A stretch of 64,000 bases of DNA, taken from positions 1 through 64,000 of the IMG/VR virus record IMGVR_UViG_3300037808_001516, one strand, 5' to 3'. The notes under the pieces are model-generated. The model had not been told where the DNA came from. It was given only the letters and a program-made list of their open reading frames with translations, and made no database searches. The translations under genes and the position numbers were made by a program. The DNA is from a virus. Below are positions 1-8,944 of the stretch, in pieces; position 1 is the first letter of the stretch, and each line of letters starts with the position of its first letter.

Positions 1-119
1 ACAAAGATATCGCAGAACACCTTTCTTTACCTCCAGTAAAAATTCACTGCTCTGTTTTAGCTGAAGACGCTATAAAAGCAGCGATTAAAGATTACAAATC
101 TAAAACCAAATCAGAATAA
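1..119 (+). CDS. iscU: Fe-S cluster scaffold IscU, C-terminal part (5' end outside window)
   Basis: Frame from nt 3 reads KDIAEHLSLPPVKIHCSVLAEDAIKAAIKDYKSK*, containing the LPPVK HscA-binding motif and the HCSVLAEDA motif of IscU. Confidence 0.93.
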   Translation, partial: KDIAEHLSLPPVKIHCSVLAEDAIKAAIKDYKSKTKSE

Positions 120-144
120 CTAATTAAGAAAGGAGGTGAACACT

Positions 145-225
145 ATGAGTGATACACAAACATGCAAATGCTGCAAGTGTTGTCAGTGCACAAAGGAATG
201 TTGTACTGAGGGCAGCTGCAAGTAA
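145..225 (+). CDS. Cys-rich metallothionein-like micro-protein (26 aa), not in ORF track
   Basis: MSDTQTCKCCKCCQCTKECCTEGSCK*; 9 Cys in CxC/CC motifs; strong SD (AAGGAGGTGA) just upstream; hairpin downstream. Confidence 0.75.
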   Translation: MSDTQTCKCCKCCQCTKECCTEGSCK

Positions 226-235
226 ACAAAACTTT

Positions 236-268
236 ATACCGCCTCTTCTGGGGCGGTATTCTATTTAT
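236..268 (+). terminator. Probable intrinsic terminator hairpin
   Basis: ATACCGCCTC-TTCT-GGGGCGGTAT stem-loop followed by T-rich tract. Confidence 0.6.
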
Positions 269-270
269 AT
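261..270 (+). promoter_or_regulatory. Candidate phage late promoter (CTATTTATA)
   Basis: Same motif recurs upstream of ORFs at 2109, 3668, 31046, 41224; variant CTAATTAA at 120, 11938, 61929. Confidence 0.5.
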
Positions 271-288
271 TGAACAGGAGACAATAAT

Positions 289-720
289 ATGCCAAAATTT
301 AATGGACAAAACAAAAAGAGAATTGACCCTCGTTATTTTTTAAACGAGACAACAAATAGAGATATAGATGAGAGCGCTGAACGTATAGGTCTTGATGCAT
401 CATTCGAAAATTTAAGATCAGGTTTACTTGATATGACGGACGAGCCGCTAGAGGATAACCAGAGAGAGATAGTGGACACACTTCTTAAACAGTTAGATAA
501 ATATAAATGCGGAAGAGTACAGGTTGATCAATCGGTTCCAAGCTTGAATCCACAAGATATTGAACAGCTCGCATCCCTTGCCGGTAATAATCTTCCTAGA
601 TTTTTTGAAATCGCTAATGAGATGCAAAAAGCAGATAATCCAAGTGCATTTTCCGATACCGACGGAGACGGATCCAGCGACAAAGAAGAGTTGATGCAAA
701 TTGCCAAGAACTTAAAATAA
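289..720 (+). CDS. Hypothetical phage protein, C-terminal DxDxDG Ca-binding-like motif
   Basis: 143-aa ORF, SD AGGAG; ends with DTDGDGSSDKEEL. Confidence 0.7.
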   Translation: MPKFNGQNKKRIDPRYFLNETTNRDIDESAERIGLDASFENLRSGLLDMTDEPLEDNQREIVDTLLKQLDKYKCGRVQVDQSVPSLNPQDIEQLASLAGNNLPRFFEIANEMQKADNPSAFSDTDGDGSSDKEELMQIAKNLK

Positions 721-1028
721 GGGGGCGTACAGGTTTCGACAGGGTAAGGAAAATAATGTGTGCAAGGATGTGTGGGTAGGCACAGTAAAAATACCCAAAA
801 AAATAAACGCAAACGATGACGTTGAAAACTTCGAGGATTATGCGCTCGCCGCATAACCCTTGAGGAGGTCCCCAAATACCTCTTTAATCCAACATTTGGA
901 CTTGTTACTTTATATTATTATATATTTGCTACTTAATGGCTGTCTAGGGCCAGAACTAGACTAACCTTGTGAACGACACACTATTCGAGATGCTTTGGAC
1001 GGGGGTTCGACTCCCCCCGCCTCTACCA
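721..1028 (+). ncRNA. ssrA: tmRNA, proteolysis tag (A)ANDDVENFEDYALAA at 809-856
   Basis: 5' GGGGGCGTACAGGTTTCGAC; 3' T-arm GGGGGTTCGACTCCCCC and CGCCTCTACCA; G3.U70 Ala identity pair; tag ORF GCA AAC GAT ... GCG CTC GCC GCA TAA. Confidence 0.95.
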
Positions 1029-1104
1029 CTTTATAAATTCACACAACTGACACATAACTATTTCCAATATCGTGTATACTTATATCGATTACAAGGAAAG
1101 AAAA

Positions 1105-2040
1105 ATGTTAGAAATGATTTTGCCTCTTATAGGCCTTACCCTCGCCGGAGCATCAGTAATAAGCAATGATGCGGTCCAAACCCTCGGGACTTTTATGGTC
1201 TCAAATAAAAAAACAGAATGGTGGAAACTTTGGTTGCCGGCCGCTGCAATTCTCGTAACAACGATTTTATATAGTTGGATAAACTATAACGGAGACATAT
1301 CCTACGGAAGGTTGGAGAATATACCTTACGTAAAGGTCCAGTGGTATCATGCGCTAGCGCCAGGTGTGCTATTGTTGTTAACTCGACTTGGAATACCTGT
1401 CTCTACTACTTTTCTAGTACTCTCAGCATTTGCTTCAAGTGTTGTCTTTGAAAAAATGCTAATCAAAAGCATGCTAGGATACACTGTTTCAGCAGTTTTC
1501 GCCTATTCTCTCTGGATGGGCCTTTCCAGACTTTTAGATGAGAAAAAGAAAGTAAAAAAAGACCAAGAAAAATATTGGAGAGTGGCTCAATGGTTCACAA
1601 CGGGATTTCTTTGGTTTACATGGCTTACTCATGACCTGGCAAACATAGCCGTGTTTGCTCCAAGGCAGATGTCGGGAATTTATGTATCAGGAGTAATCGT
1701 TCTCCTTGTGTCCTTGTTGGCATTTATGTTCTGGGAAAAAGGAGGAAAGATACAAGAAATAGTTACCAGCAAGTCTTCTACCTCTTATGTTCGTTCCGCA
1801 ACTATCATCGACGCAGCATATGCTTTTGTCCTTTTGTACCTCAAAGAGATGAATAACATACCAATGAGTACCACTTGGGTCTTTGTAGGGCTTCTGTGCG
1901 GCCGAGAACTCGCCATAGCGACGACTTACGGCCGTAAGATAAAGAGAGTGTTTCCTATGATAGTAAAGGACTTCCTAAAGATGCTCCTGGGCCTCGCGGT
2001 GTCTGTGGTTATTATTGTAATGATACAGACGGCAACATGA
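1105..2040 (+). CDS. PiT/PHO4-family inorganic phosphate transporter-like membrane protein
   Basis: Multiple TM helices; duplicated PiT-like signatures SNDAVQT...IPVSTT and HDLANI...IPMSTT; ATG at 1105 follows AAGGA (track start 1072 is GTG). Confidence 0.7.
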   Translation: MLEMILPLIGLTLAGASVISNDAVQTLGTFMVSNKKTEWWKLWLPAAAILVTTILYSWINYNGDISYGRLENIPYVKVQWYHALAPGVLLLLTRLGIPVSTTFLVLSAFASSVVFEKMLIKSMLGYTVSAVFAYSLWMGLSRLLDEKKKVKKDQEKYWRVAQWFTTGFLWFTWLTHDLANIAVFAPRQMSGIYVSGVIVLLVSLLAFMFWEKGGKIQEIVTSKSSTSYVRSATIIDAAYAFVLLYLKEMNNIPMSTTWVFVGLLCGRELAIATTYGRKIKRVFPMIVKDFLKMLLGLAVSVVIIVMIQTAT

Positions 2041-2094
2041 ATGTTGAGAAGATTACCGTTTCAGCGCCAAATTGAGTTTTAAGCTTCAATAACA

Positions 2095-2104
2095 CTATTT
2101 ATAA
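2095..2104 (+). promoter_or_regulatory. Candidate late promoter (CTATTTATAA)
   Basis: Recurrent motif directly upstream of ATG 2109. Confidence 0.5.
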
Positions 2105-2108
2105 TGTT

Positions 2109-2777
2109 ATGAAAATTATAATGGAAAATTGGAAAAAATATATAAAAGACCTCGTCGTAAATAATCCAGTCTCTTCCTGGTTAGAAGATAATCAACCAGA
2201 ATTCGTAAGAATACAAAATTTCGCAATATCTAAAACAAATACTTTTTTCTTATGGACATCTAAGGGACCTCAAAGAAAAAAAATCCAAAACAAGGTGATT
2301 TCCACAAAAGGAACACCAGAAGAGGCCCGGGCTATAGAAAGGTTGAGATCTTGGGACGATAATGCCTACAAATCAAATGCGTTCCGTCACATATTGACAT
2401 CGTTAATGATCTCACACAGATCTTTCGGACCAGAAGCCACGCGTATCGCCGGATATGGAAAAGAAGCTATAGATCTGCTTTTGAAAAACCTGCCCAATGT
2501 GATACCATCGACAAAAGTACTTCAAGATTCAGAGGTCGATTCCAACAACAACGAAGTGGGAATTCAGTTATCAAAAAGATTTAATCATATAAGTCCAGAT
2601 AAAATGAAAGATGAAGAGTATGTTAAGGCTGTTTTGTATCGTATAAAAGAGGGCGAGTTTTGGTTAGATCCAGAGGAAGACCCCCAGGGTCAGGACGGCG
2701 ATCTTACTAGCGCATCTATCATAAAATACAAGGACCTGGTTAAATTAAGAGATCGAAAGAAAAAAAGACAATCATGA
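2109..2777 (+). CDS. Hypothetical protein (NAFRH...D..NN motif; MKIIMENWKKY leader)
   Basis: 222-aa ORF; ATGA overlap with next gene. Confidence 0.65.
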   Translation: MKIIMENWKKYIKDLVVNNPVSSWLEDNQPEFVRIQNFAISKTNTFFLWTSKGPQRKKIQNKVISTKGTPEEARAIERLRSWDDNAYKSNAFRHILTSLMISHRSFGPEATRIAGYGKEAIDLLLKNLPNVIPSTKVLQDSEVDSNNNEVGIQLSKRFNHISPDKMKDEEYVKAVLYRIKEGEFWLDPEEDPQGQDGDLTSASIIKYKDLVKLRDRKKKRQS

Positions 2778-3634
2778 ATCTTATAAAACCAATCGTTGGT
2801 GAAACTCCTCTTATTAAAATTTCAAGTAAAATCTATGCAAAACTGGAAACCTATAACCCAGCTGGAAGCGTAAAAGACAGAATGATAACTTACGTCGTCG
2901 ACCGCGCTCGCCTCTTCGGAAAAATTCATGACAACTCAATACTCTGTGACGCAACAAGTGGTAATACTGGGATTGCTCTTTCAATGGTTGCTGCATCTAT
3001 GGGTTTGCCTTGTTTGATATTTATGCCGTCAAACATGTCAGAAGAGAGGAAGCAAATGATTAGAACCTATGGTGCAAAAATAATAGATGCACCTGATGAT
3101 GATTTTGCAGGGGCAATCGCAATGCGGGATCAATATCTAAAGGCAAACGAGAATGCCTGGTCGCCGATGCAATTTAGTAACCAGGAAAATGTTCTTTGCC
3201 ACCAAAACCAAACAGCACCGGAAATACACAAACAAGTAATTGAAAGAAAATATCTCTGGTCCGCTTTTATTCACGGTGCAGGTACGGGAGGCACAATGGA
3301 AGGCGTAAGAAGATATAAAGAAGTTCAAAACCTTAGAACAAAATTGTGTTTAGTGCAACCTGCAGAGTCTCCACATGGCATCCAAGGCATTGCGGACGGA
3401 AAAGACTTTTTATTTAACTCTGAAGATGCCGATAAGATAATGATTATAAAGACAGAGGATGCAATCAATAGGGCTAAACAATTTGCCAGAGAAACTGGTA
3501 TATTGGTAGGTATATCATCAGGAGCAAATATATTAGCATCAGAAAGATATGTAGAAAACAGAATAATCTCGGGTATAGTTGTGACCATGTTGTGTGACAG
3601 AGGTGAACGCTACATGTCCATTTACGGAAAATAA
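2774..3634 (+). CDS. cysK: Cysteine synthase (PLP-dependent O-acetylserine sulfhydrylase family)
   Basis: GETPL, KLETYNPAGSVKDR (PLP Lys), ATSGNTG, GAGTGGT, HGIQGI, GISSGAN, DRGERY motifs. Confidence 0.92.
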   Translation: MNLIKPIVGETPLIKISSKIYAKLETYNPAGSVKDRMITYVVDRARLFGKIHDNSILCDATSGNTGIALSMVAASMGLPCLIFMPSNMSEERKQMIRTYGAKIIDAPDDDFAGAIAMRDQYLKANENAWSPMQFSNQENVLCHQNQTAPEIHKQVIERKYLWSAFIHGAGTGGTMEGVRRYKEVQNLRTKLCLVQPAESPHGIQGIADGKDFLFNSEDADKIMIIKTEDAINRAKQFARETGILVGISSGANILASERYVENRIISGIVVTMLCDRGERYMSIYGK

Positions 3635-3636
3635 CA

Positions 3637-3646
3637 CTATTTATAT
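3637..3646 (+). promoter_or_regulatory. Candidate late promoter (CTATTTATAT)
   Basis: Recurrent motif upstream of ATG 3668. Confidence 0.5.
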
Positions 3647-3667
3647 TAGACGTTCCGGAGAATAAAA

Positions 3668-4198
3668 ATGAAGATAAACATTATTTTAGAAAAAAAAGAA
3701 AAAGACTTCACACAACATATGATGTTCGACCCTAATTCTGACGACAAGAAAGAAGCAGAAAAAGTAGAAGACCATGAAGAGATGGCAGAGAAAGGCTACA
3801 CTCATGTCGACCCTGAAGAACTGCGTAAAGTCCTCAAGGACGAAGGCGGAGCGTCAGGTATGGACCCGTTCTTAGAAGCACTTCCAGATAGCGATGAGGA
3901 AGAAATAAAGAAAACCCTCGATGCAATGGAAGACGTTGGCCAACACGAAGACGGTGATTATATCCTTGATGATGATAAAGAGATTATTGTCAATATAATA
4001 AAGGAAGAAATACGTTTTGTTCTGGAGAAAAGAAAGAAGCGCAAAAAGAAGAAAAAATCAAAAGGCAAGAAAGACGCATGCTATCGTAAAGTAAAATCTA
4101 GATACAAAGTCTGGCCATCTGCATACGCCTCTGGAGCACTTGTTAAGTGTCGCAAGGTGGGAGCAGCAAATTGGGGCAACAAGAGTAAAAAGAAATGA
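3668..4198 (+). CDS. Hypothetical phage protein, acidic N-half and basic C-terminal DACY..VK..YKVWPSAYASG..VKCRK domain
   Basis: 176-aa ORF; motif familiar from large-phage hypothetical proteins; possible internal head protein. Confidence 0.7.
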   Translation: MKINIILEKKEKDFTQHMMFDPNSDDKKEAEKVEDHEEMAEKGYTHVDPEELRKVLKDEGGASGMDPFLEALPDSDEEEIKKTLDAMEDVGQHEDGDYILDDDKEIIVNIIKEEIRFVLEKRKKRKKKKKSKGKKDACYRKVKSRYKVWPSAYASGALVKCRKVGAANWGNKSKKK

Positions 4199-4665
4199 AA
4201 AAACAAGAACTCATTCAAATTATAAAAGAGGAAATCGAAGCTGTTTTACTTGAGAAGTGCCAGAAAGGTTATAAAACCCACCCTACAAGAAAAACAAAAA
4301 AAATGTATGGCAAAACATATCGTAATTGTATAAAAGCGGATGAGTCCAAAGAAGTGGAAGAGTCAGACGAGGTTTTGGGAGAAGAGGGATTGCATCAATG
4401 GTTTGACGACAAAGATGCCGACGGTCAAAAAGGTTGGGAACAGATTGGCGGAAAATATGATGGAAAACCGTGCGCCAAGCAACCTGGCCAAAAAACAAAG
4501 CCAAAATGTGCATCACCAGAGAAGGCAGCAACAATGTCTAAAAAAGAGAAAGAATCAGCTGCCAGAAGAAAAAGGGCAAAAGATGGTAATCCAAATCGCC
4601 GCGGCAAAGCAAAAAATGTGAAAACAGATTCTAGCCGTAAAAAAACAAAAGGAAAAAAATCATGA
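4195..4665 (+). CDS. Basic hypothetical phage protein, possible internal head protein
   Basis: 156 aa; leader MKKQELIQIIKEEIEAVLLE; Lys/Cys-rich. Confidence 0.7.
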   Translation: MKKQELIQIIKEEIEAVLLEKCQKGYKTHPTRKTKKMYGKTYRNCIKADESKEVEESDEVLGEEGLHQWFDDKDADGQKGWEQIGGKYDGKPCAKQPGQKTKPKCASPEKAATMSKKEKESAARRKRAKDGNPNRRGKAKNVKTDSSRKKTKGKKS

Positions 4666-7385
4666 AACTGAACGAATTCGTAAAAATGTTTAAGAATAAC
4701 TCTCTTTATAGAGAAGATAAAGTTAACGAAAGAGAAGGATCATTTTTATCGGACCTAGACTCAGATTCAATTAGCACTCTAGATAGAATGCCGTCTTTTG
4801 ATCTCAAGAAAGAACCAGGAAGCACCACTTCTTTCAAGGATTCCCCACCTTCTTCAATGAAAACAGATGATGATGAAACGCCTGAAGCTGAAGAGACAGG
4901 CTACACTTCGTGTTTCTCCCAAAAGGGACACAACTTGACTTTTCAAGATGCTGCTTTTCTAGTGTATGGCTACGCCAGAGACAATAGCCTAATCGACTAT
5001 CCAATCACGGACTTCGACAACAGAAGTGAGTTTACTGGAAAACAGTGCACACCGGAATTCGTAAAGGTCATAAAAATCGTACAAAGAGATCTCGGAGTAG
5101 AAAATGATGGAGTGATAGGTAATATTACAATATCTAACATCGAGAAAAAGAATAGTGGAAATGAAGACAAGCCCGCCACAGCTACGGTGATCGCAGCCCC
5201 AACCAGTACTAGTAACGCCGGAAGAACAATTTCTATTATAGGTAAAAGAGGGTGGACACACGGATCGGCTGGGAAACAGAGTAATGTAATACCCGGTATA
5301 ATTAATTCTGTAAATGTTCAAGATATTATGATGTCTTCCGGACAGTTTACGCTTGGAATGGCTAGGCCATCTACAGCATGGGGCAACCCAGTTCTCGCCC
5401 AGGTTATGATCGCTGCAGCGGAATATGCCCAAAAGTTTAAAAACCCGGAAAATGACAATTCCGGCAAGATTGATCTTGGAAATGTTGGATACAAGTATGG
5501 TGGACCAATATCGACAAGTACTTCACACCAGGTCGGTTTGGATATAGATTGCAGTTTTTATAGAAATGATGGAACTTCTAGGTGGTTTATGGCGCCTCAA
5601 GACTTCAAATCTTTTGATGTTGATAGGAATGTTGCATTTATGCATTACTTAGTTAGTGCCGCAAACCCAGAACTAACTCAATGTTTTGTTTCGAATGAAA
5701 CTTGGAATTTATTGACAAAAGCAGTCGAAAATTCTAGCGATCAAATAAAAACTATGTTTAAATTACTTCAGTCAAAACGTGGATCCCGCGGTGGCGTTAA
5801 CCACTTCAAAGATCATAATAATCATTACCACATTAGATTGAAGCATCCAGATAATTCAATAACACTCAAACAACTAAAGGATAAAATAGGTCAAGAAGAA
5901 TTCGATAAACTAGTCAAACAGTCTTTGTCTAACAGTCTTGTAAACATTAGCCGAGCTGGAAAGTTAGATATTGTAAAGAAAGATAAAGCGTATTCAAAAT
6001 ATTACGATGGCGCCATTGATGAGTTCTTAAAAGATCGCCCCGGAATGACCAATATCGCAAAGAAATACAATGTTGGGATAGAATCCTGGAAAAACACAAC
6101 AGAAGATTTGGCTTCGTTAATAAGGGTTGATCCAGAAGAAATAAACAAATTAACTCGAAAAAAAGTGATAAATTTTCAAAAAGCAATTGGCATCAAGCCT
6201 GACGGCGTCGTCGGAGGAGATACTTTAACCGCGATGGCTTACATTTCAGACGCAAGTGCCAAGGGATTGATGGAGAGTAAAGAAGGAGTCGGCTCATCAA
6301 ACAAAATAGATCTTGTAGGGTTTATGAAAACCCCAGCATATAGGGCAAGAAAGAGAAAAATATCCAACACAATAGATAATAAATTTAAAATTAAAAAAGA
6401 TACAACTTCGAAGGATAAGGGTGAAGGCTCTATTGTTGATCTCTTGAAAAGCACAGCGCCCTCAAATTTCGGGTTTGTCGTGGGTACTATTGACGGAACA
6501 ATACTGGCCTCACATAATGAAGATAAAATGTTCTATGGAGCATCTAGTAACAAGACCATGGCAGGCCTTGTTCAACTAATAAAATTTGAAAACGACAAAG
6601 AAAAACAACTTGACGATGGAGAACTTCGAGGGCTGCTGACATACGCAAATAGGGTGCCTCCTTATACTGGTGCAGATTCCAATAGAGTTAACAGATCTTT
6701 AACGGGCATAAAGAAGTTCGAGGCAACATCTCTTCGAACCGGCAAAACATACACCAAGCACCCACATTACAGAAAAGGACAAAGACCGAAAATAGGCGTC
6801 ATCAATGGAGAAGACGTTAAGAGAATAGCTAAAATATTTGATATTAATAACGGAAAGTTCCGATATGGAGGTGCGAGAAATAAACAAACTCCTCTAGATC
6901 AGTTTAAACTTTTCGCAGGACTGGCAAGAATAGACACGAAAAACTTTAAAGATCAAAAAGAAAAACAATATTACAATGAACACAAAGATGCTTTTGATAG
7001 AGTAATTAAAATTACCAAAGAAAGGACAAAGTCCCAATACAAGGGAGGAAAAGGCTGGCTTCAAGATACTGGTATATACAGATCAGGAACTGAAGGTGTT
7101 TGGATGAAAGGCGGCCAAGCTGCCGGCGCCGCAAACATAGCCTTCGCATTTGAAGGAAAGTATGTTGTTTCTGTATATTCTAAAAGCATCAACAAAGCAA
7201 TAACTGAAGATTCTCCCGGCCCTTTTGCTGGAGATGACAAACACTTTGACAAGCAAGGTTTCCTACGAGATTTAGATATAGTCTCCAAAATAGTAGAAGA
7301 ATTAATGAAAAGACACGTTTTAAAGACCTTGGAGGAATCACTGAAAAGTGTAATAAGAATAATTATTGAGAGGAAAGTTAAATGA
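4662..7385 (+). CDS. Multi-domain peptidoglycan hydrolase: PG-binding domains + MepA (M74)-like endopeptidase + serine beta-lactamase/DD-peptidase-like domain
   Basis: DGVIGNIT and DGVVGGDT PG-binding motifs; SHQVGLDID...HNNHYHIR (MepA); FYGASSNK (SxxK) ... KGG. Confidence 0.65.
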   Translation: MKLNEFVKMFKNNSLYREDKVNEREGSFLSDLDSDSISTLDRMPSFDLKKEPGSTTSFKDSPPSSMKTDDDETPEAEETGYTSCFSQKGHNLTFQDAAFLVYGYARDNSLIDYPITDFDNRSEFTGKQCTPEFVKVIKIVQRDLGVENDGVIGNITISNIEKKNSGNEDKPATATVIAAPTSTSNAGRTISIIGKRGWTHGSAGKQSNVIPGIINSVNVQDIMMSSGQFTLGMARPSTAWGNPVLAQVMIAAAEYAQKFKNPENDNSGKIDLGNVGYKYGGPISTSTSHQVGLDIDCSFYRNDGTSRWFMAPQDFKSFDVDRNVAFMHYLVSAANPELTQCFVSNETWNLLTKAVENSSDQIKTMFKLLQSKRGSRGGVNHFKDHNNHYHIRLKHPDNSITLKQLKDKIGQEEFDKLVKQSLSNSLVNISRAGKLDIVKKDKAYSKYYDGAIDEFLKDRPGMTNIAKKYNVGIESWKNTTEDLASLIRVDPEEINKLTRKKVINFQKAIGIKPDGVVGGDTLTAMAYISDASAKGLMESKEGVGSSNKIDLVGFMKTPAYRARKRKISNTIDNKFKIKKDTTSKDKGEGSIVDLLKSTAPSNFGFVVGTIDGTILASHNEDKMFYGASSNKTMAGLVQLIKFENDKEKQLDDGELRGLLTYANRVPPYTGADSNRVNRSLTGIKKFEATSLRTGKTYTKHPHYRKGQRPKIGVINGEDVKRIAKIFDINNGKFRYGGARNKQTPLDQFKLFAGLARIDTKNFKDQKEKQYYNEHKDAFDRVIKITKERTKSQYKGGKGWLQDTGIYRSGTEGVWMKGGQAAGAANIAFAFEGKYVVSVYSKSINKAITEDSPGPFAGDDKHFDKQGFLRDLDIVSKIVEELMKRHVLKTLEESLKSVIRIIIERKVK

Positions 7386-8143
7386 AAAAAATAAATATCA
7401 ACATAACGGAGGGCAGCGGATGCAATACTTGCAGCGCTCCTGCAGACGATCATGGTTCAGAAGGAGCGAGAATGCACCGTACAACGCTAGCGCACCTTAT
7501 GGCTGACGTCAAGGTATTACTCGGCATGATAGACGACGGAGACGACCTCCCTGAGTGGTTGGAGACGAAAATAACAAAGGCCGGAGACTATATGTCATCA
7601 GCAGCGAGATACATTGCAGGCACTGAAGCTAGGGAGCATGGACAATTAGAAGAAAAGAAAAACTGTGGTTGCGGACAAGACCCATGTATCACATATGGCC
7701 TGCAGAATGAGAGCGTAATCGAAGAAGATGTGTTCTGCGAGGTAGACATATACCCAGAGCTTCACGAAATTTTACAGGATGCAATAACAGAGGACAATGA
7801 ACCTGCGTGCCCCGAATGTCTATATGAAATCATGGTGGATGCTTCTTGCGACTGTTCAGAGATGCTATCAGAAGCTGAATACAGAGGGCGGAAAGTAAAG
7901 TTAAACAAGCCCATGCGCGGAGATGTCAAAAAGTTCAAGGTTTTCGTCAAAGATCCTAAGACAGGAAATATAAAGAAAGTCAATTTTGGACATGGTGGCT
8001 CTTCAGCTAAGAAGAAGGGAGAAAAGACTATGAGAATCAGAAAGTCAAACCCGAAGGCTAGAAAGAATTTTAGAGCAAGACACAATTGCAAAAACCCCGG
8101 ACCAAAAACAAAGGCTAGATATTGGTCTTGTAGGAAGTGGTAA
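7382..8143 (+). CDS. Modular hypothetical phage protein (LPEW..KIT.A.DY module, Cys clusters, basic AEYRGRKV...RYWSCRKW domain)
   Basis: 253-aa ORF overlapping previous stop. Confidence 0.7.
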   Translation: MKKININITEGSGCNTCSAPADDHGSEGARMHRTTLAHLMADVKVLLGMIDDGDDLPEWLETKITKAGDYMSSAARYIAGTEAREHGQLEEKKNCGCGQDPCITYGLQNESVIEEDVFCEVDIYPELHEILQDAITEDNEPACPECLYEIMVDASCDCSEMLSEAEYRGRKVKLNKPMRGDVKKFKVFVKDPKTGNIKKVNFGHGGSSAKKKGEKTMRIRKSNPKARKNFRARHNCKNPGPKTKARYWSCRKW

Positions 8144-8146
8144 GAT

Positions 8147-8902
8147 ATGTCCAGAAGAAACAAAGTTGACGTAGAGCAGATTGGATGGGATGAACAGATA
8201 AGAGAAGACATTTCAATATCTGGAAGCCTAACAATCACAGGTTCTATGTTTATAAACAACCTAGGAAGCGACAGTAATGTTTTACTAGTAGGGCCCTCCG
8301 GAGAGATATCTTCAACCAGTACTTTGCACATTGATGAATCGAACGGCCGTGTTGGTATGAATACGACCTCTCCGCAAGAGCAGTTTCATATTCACGGAAA
8401 CAACGCAACACTTAGATTGGGCAATGGAAATTCCACAGGTGAGCATTCGGTAAAATTAGAACTATCAGAACAGTCTAATGCCGATGGCAATATGAATTAC
8501 GGATTTAGCTTGGGTTATGACGGCTCAACTAATGATTTTGAAATAAGAAAATACGCAAACAGTACTGTCGGTAGCACCCAGATGTCTATCGATAGAACGA
8601 CAGGCATTATGACCATGACCAATCCAATAGGCCTGACAGTCGTTGCATCGAACCCATCTACAGTGGGTAATATAGCACACATATATGCCAAAGATGTATC
8701 TACATCTGCTGAAGTCTTTGTTCAAGATGAGGCTGGCAATGTAACCCAGATATCCCCCCACAACACCGAAGGCGAATGGCAATACTTTTCTAAAAATGTA
8801 AAAACAGGAAAAGTGGTAAGAGTCAATATGGAGAAAATGATTCGCAAACTCGAAGAGATCACCGGCGAGTCCTTTATAGAAGAATGGGTAGAAAAAGTAT
8901 AA
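8147..8902 (+). CDS. Putative virion fibre/structural protein
   Basis: Beta-rich ISGSLTITGS and GRVGMNTTSPQEQFHIHG repeats typical of tail-fibre-like proteins. Confidence 0.55.
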   Translation: MSRRNKVDVEQIGWDEQIREDISISGSLTITGSMFINNLGSDSNVLLVGPSGEISSTSTLHIDESNGRVGMNTTSPQEQFHIHGNNATLRLGNGNSTGEHSVKLELSEQSNADGNMNYGFSLGYDGSTNDFEIRKYANSTVGSTQMSIDRTTGIMTMTNPIGLTVVASNPSTVGNIAHIYAKDVSTSAEVFVQDEAGNVTQISPHNTEGEWQYFSKNVKTGKVVRVNMEKMIRKLEEITGESFIEEWVEKV

Positions 8903-8909
8903 ATAATAC

Positions 8910-8938
8910 TTGACATATGAAATATAATCCTATAATAT
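8910..8938 (+). promoter_or_regulatory. Sigma70-type promoter for tilS
   Basis: TTGACA at 8910-8915; TAATAT at 17-nt spacing (8933-8938), overlapping TATAAT at 8931; ATG follows at 8945 with no SD (possibly leaderless). Confidence 0.6.
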
Positions 8939-8944
8939 ATTACT

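Noticed and set aside
149-343. 64-aa ORF in the track
   Set aside because: GTG start poorly placed relative to the SD, and it crosses a terminator; the SD fits the Cys-rich ORF at 145-225
969-1169. 66-aa ORF and antisense ORF 528-875
   Set aside because: They overlap the tmRNA and real genes; no protein-like features
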